A stretch of DNA of 64,000 bases from an uncultured Planctomyces sp. (GCA_937904325.1 CALGTK010000232.1:1172-65171), one strand, 5' to 3'. Positions 1 to 10,273 are shown, counted from the stretch's first letter. Notes: generated by a model from the letters alone, not told the origin. Program-made: numbers and translations.

Positions 1-1
1 C

Positions 2-115
2 TTTACAGAGGCCGGCTTCGACGTCGACTTTATCGAGTTCGAAGGCGTTCACACGATACCGACCGAAAGCATCACGAATCTTGCGGAACTGCTCGTTTCA
101 CTACTCGACGATTGA
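2..115 (+). CDS. 3' end of a gene that starts before the window; C-terminus resembles esterase-type alpha/beta hydrolases
   Basis: Frame 2 is open from the window edge to TGA at 113-115. It reads FTEAGFDVDFIEFEGVHTIPTESITNLAELLVSLLDD. The G-x-H near the end fits the catalytic-His region of phospholipase/carboxylesterase-type hydrolases. Only 37 codons are visible. Confidence 0.35.
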   Translation, partial: FTEAGFDVDFIEFEGVHTIPTESITNLAELLVSLLDD

Positions 116-137
116 TCGTCGCATCGTCGACCACTGA

Positions 138-737
138 TCAGCCAGCACGATAACGAGTAAGCATCGCAGAGCTGCCGCCTCGAAGGTTCTTCCAGCCGCT
201 ACTGAACCGTTCGGCCTGCGATGGTTGGAAGAACGTAAAGGCGACCAGTATGAGTCCGGCAGCGACCAATAGCGACATCATGCGCAGTTGATGGTCCGTC
301 GCGAACGCCGTCAGAAACGGCGAATACCATTGCCCTGTTGAATGCGCTGATGCGGTGTACTGCCTGGTGATTCGGCTTTGGAGCGTCAGGTTATCGTGCA
401 GTGGAATTTGCTCTTCGCCTGGACGAGTGGCGTCCAGATCGATTCTAGCCAGTTCTTCGAGTAACCCCGGATCCTGCTCAAGCGAATCAGTGATTCTACG
501 CAGTTCAAAAACCTGCCGTTCAAGCTGCACGAGTTCGGTTTGCCCCGTCACGTATTCGTCGTCCAATTCGACGTATGTCGACAGTTTAGGGGCCATCGCC
601 ACGCTGCCGTACAGGAACCCGGCAAAGAGAAGTTGTCCCCAAAACAAAAATGAAACGAGCCACTGCAAGAGCGAAGTCTCGTGCAAAGCAGCAGCACTGC
701 GACTTTGTGTTTGCGTTTGTCTGTTTACCTTTGGCAT
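138..737 (-). CDS. FtsB/DivIC-like septum formation initiator family membrane protein with an extra C-terminal TM segment
   Basis: The 199-aa ORF has an N-terminal TM helix (LLQWLVSFLFWGQLLFAGFLYG) and a coiled-coil stretch (TELVQLERQVFELRRITDSLEQDPGLLEELARIDLDATRPGEEQI). The latter matches the E..AR..L....pgE signature of DivIC/FtsB. It lies directly downstream of eno, a common eno-ftsB arrangement. Confidence 0.55.
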   Translation of the reverse strand: MPKVNRQTQTQSRSAAALHETSLLQWLVSFLFWGQLLFAGFLYGSVAMAPKLSTYVELDDEYVTGQTELVQLERQVFELRRITDSLEQDPGLLEELARIDLDATRPGEEQIPLHDNLTLQSRITRQYTASAHSTGQWYSPFLTAFATDHQLRMMSLLVAAGLILVAFTFFQPSQAERFSSGWKNLRGGSSAMLTRYRAG

Positions 738-796
738 AAGTCTGCCGGAGTGTTGAGGGGGAATTTAAACGGAAGTATCGCAGATTTCTTATACGT

Positions 797-834
797 AAAA
801 TAAAACAGCCCGACTGTCCAGGACAGCCGGGCTG
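797..834 (-). terminator. Rho-independent terminator downstream of eno
   Basis: The hairpin CAGCCCGACTGTCC-A-GGACAGCCGGGCTG (806-834) has a 14-bp stem with one mismatch. On the minus-strand transcript it is followed by TTTTATTTT (plus-strand aaaataaaa, 797-805). It starts about 30 nt after the eno stop. Confidence 0.7.
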
Positions 835-865
835 AGAGATTTCATCAGATTAAATCCTTAGACAA

Positions 866-2290
<1,425 letters not shown>

Positions 2291-2641
2291 TCAACACGTC
2301 AATTCACGCAACTGCCTGCCGGCGATCCTCGCCTGCTGAGTCAGCAGCGGTCTGAAAATGGCTGTTTCTGCCACTCGAAGCCTTCGTGAGCCGCAAGTTG
2401 TAACAAATTTTGCCCGCAATTTCTTCATTCACGATAGCGATGCCTGCGACCGTAATAAATTTCGAGCCCTTTCGGTTCAACCGACCGTCAAACTTCACAG
2501 CAGAAATCCACAATGAATCGATGTATCTTCTGCGTCATTAACGGTTTGATGATCCTTATAAAGCCACTTGGTTGTTCGCGACCGATGCTCCAACAGAACA
2601 GTTTTCATGACCTCGTCCACGCAAACCGCGAAAACATCCGC

Positions 2642-2913
2642 AAAGCTGGCGGCACGGGTCTGAATCTGACCGCCGCCGACTACGTCATTCAAATGGATCA
2701 CTGGTGGAACCCGGCCGCCGAAGATCAAGCCATCGATGTGCTCACCGGATCGGACAACATTGCCCGCTGACCATTTACCGACTGATCACTCGCGGCACGA
2801 TCGAAGAGCAGATTCTCGAACTGCATCAAAGCAAGTGGAATCTCGCCGACAGTTTGCTCGATGGCAACAGCGGACTTTCTGCCGAAGAACTGCTGGTCAT
2901 GCTCCGTGGTTGA
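2642..2913 (+). pseudogene. Remnant of the C-terminal helicase lobe of an SNF2-family ATPase, N-terminally truncated and frameshifted
   Basis: Two frames together read [32 protein letters not shown] / [42 protein letters not shown]...EELLVMLRG*. These are SNF2 motifs V-VI. The frames join if one nucleotide is restored between 2737 and 2738 (gat-[c]gt-gct-cac = D-R-A-H). No SNF2 N-terminal lobe is present upstream. Confidence 0.75.
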
Positions 2914-2964
2914 TCAGCTTCTCGCTGACTCTGCTGACCGCCGCAACGTTTACGCGTTGGCAAT

Positions 2965-4662
2965 TCAGCCACCGTTGACCTGAAACTGGCTGGCGACTTT
3001 TGAAGCCACTTCAAGATTCGGCAACAGGCATGGGTGTTTGTACTGCTCGATGCTGCCGCCAAGTTTTGCTTGACGATCACGAGCGAACTCGCTCCAGCTT
3101 CCTCGCCTGAGCGGGAGAATTTCGAGCGGGGCGAGCCGTGATGTCGTTCGTTTTTCCTGATACTCGCAGTTGATTTCGCACAAACGTTCGTCGAGACGAG
3201 ATTCGAACGGGCGCAAACTTCCTTTTTGGGGAACTTCCCAGTCTTCCAGCATCAACCGGTAACGAGGCGGATCGCCCCAGGACGGAATGAGCGTGAAGCA
3301 GCCGACTCGATGGCTGAATTCCGTGAGCGTTGCCCGCACGGCTTCGACCACTTGGGATTCGGAAAGTTTTTCGCCGGTGATGTTTGAAATGTGGGCTCCC
3401 TTGTGCAGGAAGCGAAGGATCGGGGTTGTGTTGTGATGCCCTACACAACGGACGACATCACAAATGTCGTAGCGGTAGAAGCCCGAAGCGGTGGTGAGCA
3501 GAATGAAGTAATCCTTCTCGACTTCGAGTTCGTGCGCTTTCAGGATCGTCGGGTTTTTACTCCCGTACTCAGCTTCCGGAATGAATTCGTAGTAATGCGA
3601 AGTGATGTCCAGCACGCCGTCGGGCGACGTGTCCTGAAACGGGATCGTCATACGTCCTTCGCTGGCCGACAACCCGTGGTCTCGTACAGGAACGTTTCCG
3701 TAGTACTCGTACAATGTCGGCAGGTACGCAGCACAGCTACCGCCGGTCCAGATCGCCGCCAGTTGCAGATCCGACCAGTAGTCCTTTGGCAGCAAACTGC
3801 CGACTCGATCGACGCATTTCTCGAGCGTCTTAGCACGCCGCGGGTCTGCTTTCGAAAATCGTCTGGCAAGTGCTTCTCGTACAGTGGCAGGCAGGTCATC
3901 GATGACGGAAAGAGTACCATCGTTGATATCTCGAATGAGTTCCTCTTTGCGGGCGTCGGCCATTTGAGCCATGTGAACCAGCGTGCTCGGATTGGCGGTG
4001 GTGAGCATCCCGACGTAAGGGTCAGCAATCGCCAGTCGCAGCGCGGTGTAATACTTGCTCGCCGCGTTGTCAATTTTGGCAAGGATTGATGGCAGCGTGT
4101 AAAGCAGTTTGACAGACGGCTTCTGCATCGCAGCGGCAAGGCCGGAAATATTTCCGCACGGCGTGCCACCTTCGCTGGTGAATCTTTGATAGTCGCTCGA
4201 CAACTGAACAATCTTCAGAGAATTCATCTTTGGTCGAGCGTCGAACGCTGAAATACCCCAGAGCTGCCAGCTCCGGCGGTAGTCCCTGTAAAAACGGTTC
4301 GTGACCGGAATGAATTTTGAATCGGACGTAGTCCCACTGCTCAACGTAAACATCATGAGCCGATTCTTAGGCCCGAGCAGTGATTTAGTCTCGCCGCGTT
4401 TCGCCCGTTCGATCGCTTCTCGATAAAAGCTGTAGTCTGTTACGGAAACGGCTTTGTCCAGGTCGTCGGGCGTTGATGCGTTTCCGAGACCATTCTGAAT
4501 GGCAAGATCCGACTGACCGTTCAATTCGAGTAGAGACGCAAGCGTTTCAGCCTGAGTCGCTCGGCAATCCTTCGTCGCTGCCATAAACCGGCCTAGCTGC
4601 CATCGCAGTCGGAGGCGGGCAACAATTCCGGCGGAAGCTCGTATCTGGCCTGAAATCGGCAT
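2965..4662 (-). CDS. GH3 family (auxin-responsive-promoter-type) acyl-acid amido synthetase-like adenylating enzyme
   Basis: The 565-aa ORF starts at an ATG. It carries the GH3-type adenylation motif FTLSSGTTSDSKFIPVT and has family-typical length and layout. Confidence 0.85.
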   Translation of the reverse strand: MPISGQIRASAGIVARLRLRWQLGRFMAATKDCRATQAETLASLLELNGQSDLAIQNGLGNASTPDDLDKAVSVTDYSFYREAIERAKRGETKSLLGPKNRLMMFTLSSGTTSDSKFIPVTNRFYRDYRRSWQLWGISAFDARPKMNSLKIVQLSSDYQRFTSEGGTPCGNISGLAAAMQKPSVKLLYTLPSILAKIDNAASKYYTALRLAIADPYVGMLTTANPSTLVHMAQMADARKEELIRDINDGTLSVIDDLPATVREALARRFSKADPRRAKTLEKCVDRVGSLLPKDYWSDLQLAAIWTGGSCAAYLPTLYEYYGNVPVRDHGLSASEGRMTIPFQDTSPDGVLDITSHYYEFIPEAEYGSKNPTILKAHELEVEKDYFILLTTASGFYRYDICDVVRCVGHHNTTPILRFLHKGAHISNITGEKLSESQVVEAVRATLTEFSHRVGCFTLIPSWGDPPRYRLMLEDWEVPQKGSLRPFESRLDERLCEINCEYQEKRTTSRLAPLEILPLRRGSWSEFARDRQAKLGGSIEQYKHPCLLPNLEVASKVASQFQVNGG

Positions 4663-4990
4663 GAAGTTGCGAATCTTAAACTACGGATCACTCGTCGCAA
4701 AACATTCCCGTTTGATCAACAAGACGGACTGGACTTTGCGTTGAGAAAATTGGACTGACAGGTCCATGAAGGGCAATGGTCACTTCTCCGTTGTCGCGAC
4801 CTGGTCTTTAAAGAATCTCCGTTGGTTGAACAGCGAGTCCAAATAACTGAACAGAGCATTCTGTCAGCGAAGATTCTGCCAGGCAACCTATTCAGTCGGC
4901 AGATTGAGAAGCATCAGGGCTCAGGCGTCGCAAATTGCGAAGCCCACGATTAGAGCATGATTAGAATGTATCGAATACGAGATTGCTCAT

Positions 4991-5021
4991 AAAAAACGGC
5001 CATCTGATATTTCAGACGGCC
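4991..5021 (-). terminator. Rho-independent terminator downstream of the small basic protein gene
   Basis: The minus-strand RNA reads GGCCGUCUGA-AAUA-UCAGAUGGCC. This is a 10-bp stem including one G-U pair, followed by GUUUUUU (plus-strand aaaaaac, 4991-4997). It lies about 55 nt after the stop at 5075. Confidence 0.6.
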
Positions 5022-5074
5022 ATTTGAATATTCGGTAACCGAATCAGCCTACGCTGAAAGCGACCAGGAAAGAC

Positions 5075-5299
5075 CTATTTCACTTCCTTCTCTTCCTCTC
5101 CTTCTTCAGTCTTTTCCTTCTTCTTCTTCTTGCGTCCGCCCGTGTTTTTCGGGACTTTCGTCTTTGGGATGCCCAAGACACTCTTAGACTCGTCCCAACG
5201 GTCTTCGTCAGTAAGCTTTGCGATACGTTCAGCTCGCTTCATGACGTTTCGGGCGCGGACCAACCGACTGCCGCGTTTCAGGCTCTGATCAAGACTCAC
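5075..5299 (-). CDS. Small basic protein (PVC-type, 74 aa, Lys/Glu-rich tail)
   Basis: The sequence is VSLDQSLKRGSRLVRARNVMKRAERIAKL...GGRKKKKKEKTEEGEEEKEVK. A GTG start is preceded by GGAGA 8 nt upstream. It resembles the 'small basic protein' family I recall from Planctomycetes, Verrucomicrobia and Chlamydiae. Confidence 0.6.
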   Translation of the reverse strand: MSLDQSLKRGSRLVRARNVMKRAERIAKLTDEDRWDESKSVLGIPKTKVPKNTGGRKKKKKEKTEEGEEEKEVK

Positions 5300-5437
5300 C
5301 GTACTTATCTCCAGATTTGCAACCCAGCTCTCAAGAGGAGTATCCTCCGAGTCTGGTTAAATTTCTCTATCAAACCCCGAAACCACCGACTGCGGGAAGC
5401 CAATAAGTTTATGCCTGACGGCATTCGGTTGCAACTC

Positions 5438-5453
5438 GCGGAATCGATTCCGC
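5438..5453. promoter_or_regulatory. Perfect 16-bp palindrome, candidate operator in the divergent promoter region
   Basis: GCGGAATCGATTCCGC is a perfect palindrome located about 80 nt upstream of the binding-protein start. The TTGCAAC word occurs at about 5318 and immediately 5' of the palindrome. Confidence 0.25.
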
Positions 5454-5531
5454 CAATTGCTTCGATGTCACATCGACAATCGCCGATTCGAACTGTTTGG
5501 TTTGCCCAAAACACTGTCAGGATATGAGTTT

Positions 5532-6647
5532 ATGAACCATCGGCGTCCAGCCCTGCATAACCGCCTTTCAATTCTGTCTGGCCTGAAATTCTGTCAGTTT
5601 GGGTTAATTCTGATCATCGGGTTCTGCCTGGGCTGTTCGGAACAGCCAGATCCGGAAACAGTCAACCACGACGGAGAGTTGGCCGGCAGCGAAGCCAGTT
5701 CCTCCGTGTCGCTCGATGTGACGCTCGCTTTGAACTGGTATCCCGAGGCTGAACACGGCGGATACTACGCGGCCCTCGTACATGGATATTTCAAAGCAGC
5801 CGGCCTGAATGTGACAATTCGCCCCGGCGGCCCGGGCGTGCCCGTTATCCAGGACGTGGCAACGGGCAGGGTCGAATTTGGCATTTCGAACGCGGATCAG
5901 ATACTGGTCGGCCGAGCACGCGAAGCTGACGTCGTGGCAATTTTTGCAGCGATGCAGACCAGCCCGCGGTGCATCATGGTTCACAAAGCGTCCGGGATTG
6001 AAAAATTCGAAGACCTGAAGAATCTGACACTGGCCATCAATCAGAACTCGACCTTCGGGAATTATCTGCAGCGGAAAGTGTCGCTCGAAGGCTGCACGAT
6101 CGTACCGTACCCCGGCAACATCTCGACGTTTCTTCTTAACAAGGATTTTGCTCAGCAGGCCTACGTTTTCAGTGAGCCGTTTACGGCAACGAAGGAAGGC
6201 GGCGATCCTCGTAGTCTGATGGCGGCCGAAATCGGCTTTAACCCGTACACGAGCACGCTGATCACCGAAGCGTCGATGATCAAAGATAAGCCTGACCTTG
6301 TTCGAGACTTCACGCAGGCCGTCCAGAAGGGCTGGCAGAAGTACCTGACCGATCCGGAGAAAACCAATCGCTTTATCCTGGCCCAGACGGACGAACTGAA
6401 CGAAGGGGATCTCGACATCCTTGCTTTCGGCGCGAAGGAATTACAGGCTCTTTGCCTGGCCTTCGATTCGACCGGAACGATCCCGCTCGGAAACATGACA
6501 GAACAACGCTGGCAGAAGATGGCTGATCAGCTTGTCGAATGCGAAGTCGTGGAGCCTGGAAGTCTCAAAATCGGTGACGCGTTTACGAACGTTTTTCTGA
6601 AACTTCCAGATGTCTCATCGAACACGGAAGAGACTGCCGAGCAGTAA
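5532..6647 (+). CDS. NMT1/THI5-like (NitT/TauA/ThiY-type) periplasmic solute-binding protein, membrane-anchored or lipoprotein
   Basis: LALNWYPEAEHGGYYAALVHGYFKAAGLNVTIRPGGPG...VEFGISNADQILVGRA is typical of NMT1/THI5-like ABC substrate-binding proteins. The N-terminal hydrophobic anchor ends in LGC. The ATG at 5532 (MNHRRPAL) is preferred over the upstream track start. Confidence 0.85.
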   Translation: MNHRRPALHNRLSILSGLKFCQFGLILIIGFCLGCSEQPDPETVNHDGELAGSEASSSVSLDVTLALNWYPEAEHGGYYAALVHGYFKAAGLNVTIRPGGPGVPVIQDVATGRVEFGISNADQILVGRAREADVVAIFAAMQTSPRCIMVHKASGIEKFEDLKNLTLAINQNSTFGNYLQRKVSLEGCTIVPYPGNISTFLLNKDFAQQAYVFSEPFTATKEGGDPRSLMAAEIGFNPYTSTLITEASMIKDKPDLVRDFTQAVQKGWQKYLTDPEKTNRFILAQTDELNEGDLDILAFGAKELQALCLAFDSTGTIPLGNMTEQRWQKMADQLVECEVVEPGSLKIGDAFTNVFLKLPDVSSNTEETAEQ

Positions 6648-8031
6648 AGCGAAGCTGAACAGCTCTCGCCCACCTGCTCGACAACCGCCCGCAATAGCGC
6701 CGCACCCTTGGAGAAACCTCGTGAGCGATTCTCAGCTATCCGACACCGATCCAACCGAGAACGATTCTCAAGATGGCCCGTGGTACGCCGGCGTCACCCG
6801 CTATCAATGGCTCGTCCTTGTAATCGCGTCCGCTGGTTGGGTGTTTGACGTTTACGAAGGTCAGATTTTCAACATCACTCGCGGAGACATGCTGACTGAG
6901 ATTCTAGGAAGCGAAGGCGCCGACGTTCAAAAATATGGCGACCTGTTTCTAGGAATCTTTCTGCTGGGTGGCACAGTTGGTGGACTTGGTGCAGGCACAC
7001 TGGCCGATCGCTACGGTCGGCGGCCGATCATGATGATCACGATTCTGATGTACTCTGTCTTTTCTGGACTAACATTCTTTGCGACCGAGTTGTGGCACGT
7101 GGCGGCGCTCAGGTTTCTCGTCGCGATGGGAGTCGGTGGCGAATGGGCGGTCGCCGCGAGTCTGGTCTCTGAAATCTTTCCGGCGAAAGCTCGCCCTCAC
7201 GCGTCTGGAATCTTTCACGCATCCAGCGTGCTGGGGACGTGGATGGCCGCGTTGGCCGGCATCGCTGTCGGAGCCAACTGGCAGTACGCGTACCTGCTGG
7301 GCATCATCCCGGCACTGTTGATTTTGTGGGTTCGCGCCGCCGTCAAGGAACCGGAGCAGTGGAAGGCGAAAGCGGCGGAAGGCCGGAGTGCTCAACTGGG
7401 CAGCTTCAAAGATTTGCTGACGAATCCAAAATGGAATCGCAACGCGATCCTTGGCATGCTGCTGGGAGCTGTCGGGCTGGGAACGTTCTGGGCAGTCGTC
7501 GTCGCGACTCAGGGATTGGCCAGTGAGATGCTTGAGGCAGCGGGCATCGCTTCAGACGTCGCCAGTCAGAAGGCAAAGTTTGCCTACGGGATCATTCAGA
7601 CAGCGGGCGGGGGAATCGGACTCCTTGCGTTTGGCCCATTGTGCTCAAAATTCGGCCGCCGCCGAGCGTTCATCGGAATGCAGTTACTCGCCTTTCTGAT
7701 CGTGCCGATCACCTGTTACGGACCGCAGACGTATCAGCAACTTTTATGCATTCTGCCGCTGTACGGATTCCTGACTTTGGGCATTCACGCTGGCTACGCA
7801 ATCTACTTCCCCGAGTTATTCCCGACTCACCTGCGGGCAACGGGTACCAGCTTCTGCTTCAATGGGGGAAGGATCCTCGCCGTGCCCGTGCTGTTCTTTT
7901 CAGGCTGGCTGAAAGCCGAATCGGGTATGGACTACCGTCTCGCCGTTTCCTCACTGGCCGCGCTCTTCCTTGTCGGTGCGTTCGTGATGCTGTTCCTCCC
8001 CGAAACGAACAAACAGGAACTCCCCGAATAG
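6610..8031 (+). CDS. MFS transporter (12-TM)
   Basis: The 473-aa ORF has MFS signatures (GTLADRYGRRPIMMITILMY, FLVAMGVGGEW) and about 12 hydrophobic segments. The start is uncertain. The ATG at 6610 overlaps the binding-protein gene by 38 nt, and an in-frame GTG lies at 6721. Confidence 0.85.
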   Translation: MSHRTRKRLPSSKAKLNSSRPPARQPPAIAPHPWRNLVSDSQLSDTDPTENDSQDGPWYAGVTRYQWLVLVIASAGWVFDVYEGQIFNITRGDMLTEILGSEGADVQKYGDLFLGIFLLGGTVGGLGAGTLADRYGRRPIMMITILMYSVFSGLTFFATELWHVAALRFLVAMGVGGEWAVAASLVSEIFPAKARPHASGIFHASSVLGTWMAALAGIAVGANWQYAYLLGIIPALLILWVRAAVKEPEQWKAKAAEGRSAQLGSFKDLLTNPKWNRNAILGMLLGAVGLGTFWAVVVATQGLASEMLEAAGIASDVASQKAKFAYGIIQTAGGGIGLLAFGPLCSKFGRRRAFIGMQLLAFLIVPITCYGPQTYQQLLCILPLYGFLTLGIHAGYAIYFPELFPTHLRATGTSFCFNGGRILAVPVLFFSGWLKAESGMDYRLAVSSLAALFLVGAFVMLFLPETNKQELPE

Positions 8032-8363
8032 TTTGAGAAGTCCCTGTCCGTTGCGTGAGAAATCAGCCATGTGGCAGGCTGCTAACTCCGCTGCGAAGAA
8101 CTGGTGTCGGTTCGAAGCTGAGGTTCGCGCTTGTGCTACGACCGTGGGCTACTGCCGCTGAAAAATCAGCCACATTTCGTCAGCAAGAAGCATCCAGAGC
8201 TGTTATCCCCGCAGCGCGACGCTTGCGTCCACACGAGATGACCTTGCGAAAGGCTCATGAAGTTCTAACCGCTCGACTTAACGAGCGCGCATGCACCACT
8301 AACCGAGCAGCCGCAAAATGTCAGAGCCACCAGCAGAGCCGCTGGCTTAACGTTGAATTAGTT

Positions 8364-10013
8364 CTACTTCGCGCTGTCCAGCCACGGTAGTGGTTCACCA
8401 GCCTGGGGAAGAGCGACGAGGTCGATTCCGGTGACGGCGGCGTGCGCGAGGATTTCGGCGGAGACGGCTTCGGAAGGGACGCTGTCGAGATTCAGGACGG
8501 CGAGGGCGTCTCCACCGTTGTCTGCTCGGCCGAGCGACATGTGTGAAATATTCACTCCGTGATTGCCGCAGACAGTTCCGATGAAACCGATCAGGCCGGG
8601 TTTGTCTTCGTGGCGGAAGATCAGAAGCTGGCCGTCCAGGTAGGCATCCAGGTGGAAGCCGTCCAGCCGGACCAGTCGCAGGAATCGGTCGCCAAAAATT
8701 GTTCCCGAAACGCTGAACTCGCCGTTGTCGGTGACCAGTGTTGTGTTCACGAGGGACGTGAAGTCGCCGCCGTCTCGTGATGAGGACTCCGTGATCTTGA
8801 TGCCGCGTTCACGAGCGATTGATTCGGCGTTGATGATGTTGGCAGGTTCGTCAGCTCCGGAGCTGAGCAGTCCGGCGACGAAGGCCGCAGTGACCAGTCG
8901 CGTTTTCTTTTCCGAGACTTCGCCGCGGTAAGTAATCCTTGCTTCCTGAATTCCGGCAGATTTGAAGCGTTGTTTCAGAAGCTGAGTCTGCAGCAGGCCG
9001 AGGCGGTATCCCAGGTCGAGGTACGCCTTTGATTCCTGAAGTTCCGTGCCGGAGATCGGAGCCATGTTGATGGCGTGTCGAACTTCGTTGTTGACCAGGA
9101 AGGCGGTGATGATGTCAGCCGCTTCGACTGCGACGGCTTCCTGAGCTTCTTCGGTGGACGCTCCCAGGTGAGGCGTCGTGATAATGTTGTCGACGCCTCG
9201 GATGGGATCGTCGGCCGGCGGTGGCTCCTGCGGGTAAACGTCCAGACCGGCTCCGGCGATCGTTCCGTTCTGCACCGCTTCGACGAGGTCCGCTTCGTCG
9301 ATAATCCCACCGCGAGCACAGTTGATGATGCGGGTTCCCGGTCGCATTTTCTTCATACGTTCGGCGTTGATCAGACCTTTTGTTTCGGGCGTCAGCGGTG
9401 TGTGGACGGAGATATAGTCGCACTTGTCGATGACGTCGTCGACTTCGCGGAAAAGCTCGATGCCGAATTCACGCGCGCGTTCTTCGGAGAGAAACGGGTC
9501 GTAGCCGATGACTTTCATTTCGAAGGCCAGCGCCCGCTTGGCCAGTGTCAGGCCGATTCTTCCCAATCCGATGACAGCCAGAGTCTTACCGGCAAGCTGC
9601 GAACCGGTAAACTTTTTACGATCCCAGCCGCCTGCTTTCATCGTAGCCGCAGCCTGAGGAATGTTCCTCGACAAGGAAGCCATCAGAGCAAATGCGAGTT
9701 CCGCCGTGCTGGTTGTGTTTCCAGCCGGCGTGTTCATCACGATGATCCCTTCGCGAGTCGCCGCGTCGAGATCGACGTTGTCCACTCCGACACCCGCTCG
9801 GACGATGACTTTCAGGCGAGACTGGCCAGCCAGCACTTCAGCCGTCAGCTTGGTCGCGCTGCGGATAATGACGCCTTCGACATCCTGCAGTTGCTCGCGA
9901 ACGTTTTCCGGAGAGCCCATTACGATTTCCAGTTCCGATGATTCCCGCAGGATCGCCAGGCCGGCTTCGGACAGATTATCGGTGATGAGAACGCGGATTT
10001 TTGAATCGCTCAT
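8364..10013 (-). CDS. serA: D-3-phosphoglycerate dehydrogenase, long form with ASB and ACT domains
   Basis: The protein begins MSDSKIRVLITDNLSEAGL and contains GKTLAVIGLGRIGLTLAKRA (NAD fold), the catalytic-region sequence NTPAGNTTSTAEL...TPHLGAST, and a C-terminal ACT-like segment. The ATG at 10013 gives the canonical N-terminus. Confidence 0.95.
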   Translation of the reverse strand: MSDSKIRVLITDNLSEAGLAILRESSELEIVMGSPENVREQLQDVEGVIIRSATKLTAEVLAGQSRLKVIVRAGVGVDNVDLDAATREGIIVMNTPAGNTTSTAELAFALMASLSRNIPQAAATMKAGGWDRKKFTGSQLAGKTLAVIGLGRIGLTLAKRALAFEMKVIGYDPFLSEERAREFGIELFREVDDVIDKCDYISVHTPLTPETKGLINAERMKKMRPGTRIINCARGGIIDEADLVEAVQNGTIAGAGLDVYPQEPPPADDPIRGVDNIITTPHLGASTEEAQEAVAVEAADIITAFLVNNEVRHAINMAPISGTELQESKAYLDLGYRLGLLQTQLLKQRFKSAGIQEARITYRGEVSEKKTRLVTAAFVAGLLSSGADEPANIINAESIARERGIKITESSSRDGGDFTSLVNTTLVTDNGEFSVSGTIFGDRFLRLVRLDGFHLDAYLDGQLLIFRHEDKPGLIGFIGTVCGNHGVNISHMSLGRADNGGDALAVLNLDSVPSEAVSAEILAHAAVTGIDLVALPQAGEPLPWLDSAK

Positions 10014-10231
10014 GATGCTGAAAACTGCTGGGCTAACGGATTGAAAGAGTGAACATCGGGACAAGCAAAACTCGCAATTTGCCCCTCAATCGTCCTTCGC
10101 GAGTCATAGTCGCAGCGTCCGACGAACAAAAGGGACAGGCAGACGTTTCGGCCGAAAATGGGCGAGCAGACAGTCTGCGTGACGAAATTCCTGACGCGCG
10201 CGGTCCGAATGTCGATCGGATGGCTGAGGAC

Positions 10232-10273
10232 AACGAAAACGGGCACCGCCACCTTATTGGGTAACGATGCCCG
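10232..10273 (-). terminator. Possible terminator after the aminotransferase gene
   Basis: The minus-strand RNA forms CGGGCA...(22-nt loop with internal pairing)...UGCCCG followed by UUUUCGUU. It lies 50 nt downstream of the stop at 10323. The large loop keeps confidence low. Confidence 0.35.

Noticed and set aside
5300-5531. A TPP (THI-box) riboswitch upstream of the NMT1/THI5-like binding-protein gene
   Set aside because: ThiY-type genes are often TPP-regulated, so I looked for one. The leader lacks the conserved CUGAGA and ACCUGAUCUGGAUAAUGCCAGCG-like elements on either strand.
8110-8125. tRNA-like GGTTCGAA strings (also about 36651, 37105, 43122 and 54021 on the reverse strand)
   Set aside because: None is embedded in a cloverleaf-compatible context: there is no acceptor/T-arm pairing and no D-loop GG. 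No tRNA, rRNA, tmRNA, RNase P or SRP RNA signatures were found in the window.
8055-8390. A 111-aa ORF in the MFS/serA intergenic region
   Set aside because: It is Arg/Ala-rich, runs into the serA 3' end on the opposite strand, and has no RBS or family resemblance.
9075-9941. A 288-aa ORF antisense to serA, and similar antisense ORFs in GH3 (3391-4211), the DEAD helicase (39456-40007), C45 (41975-42595) and the DUF1592-type gene (58255-59127)
   Set aside because: Each lies inside a strongly supported gene on the opposite strand, has skewed composition and shows no recognisable motifs.
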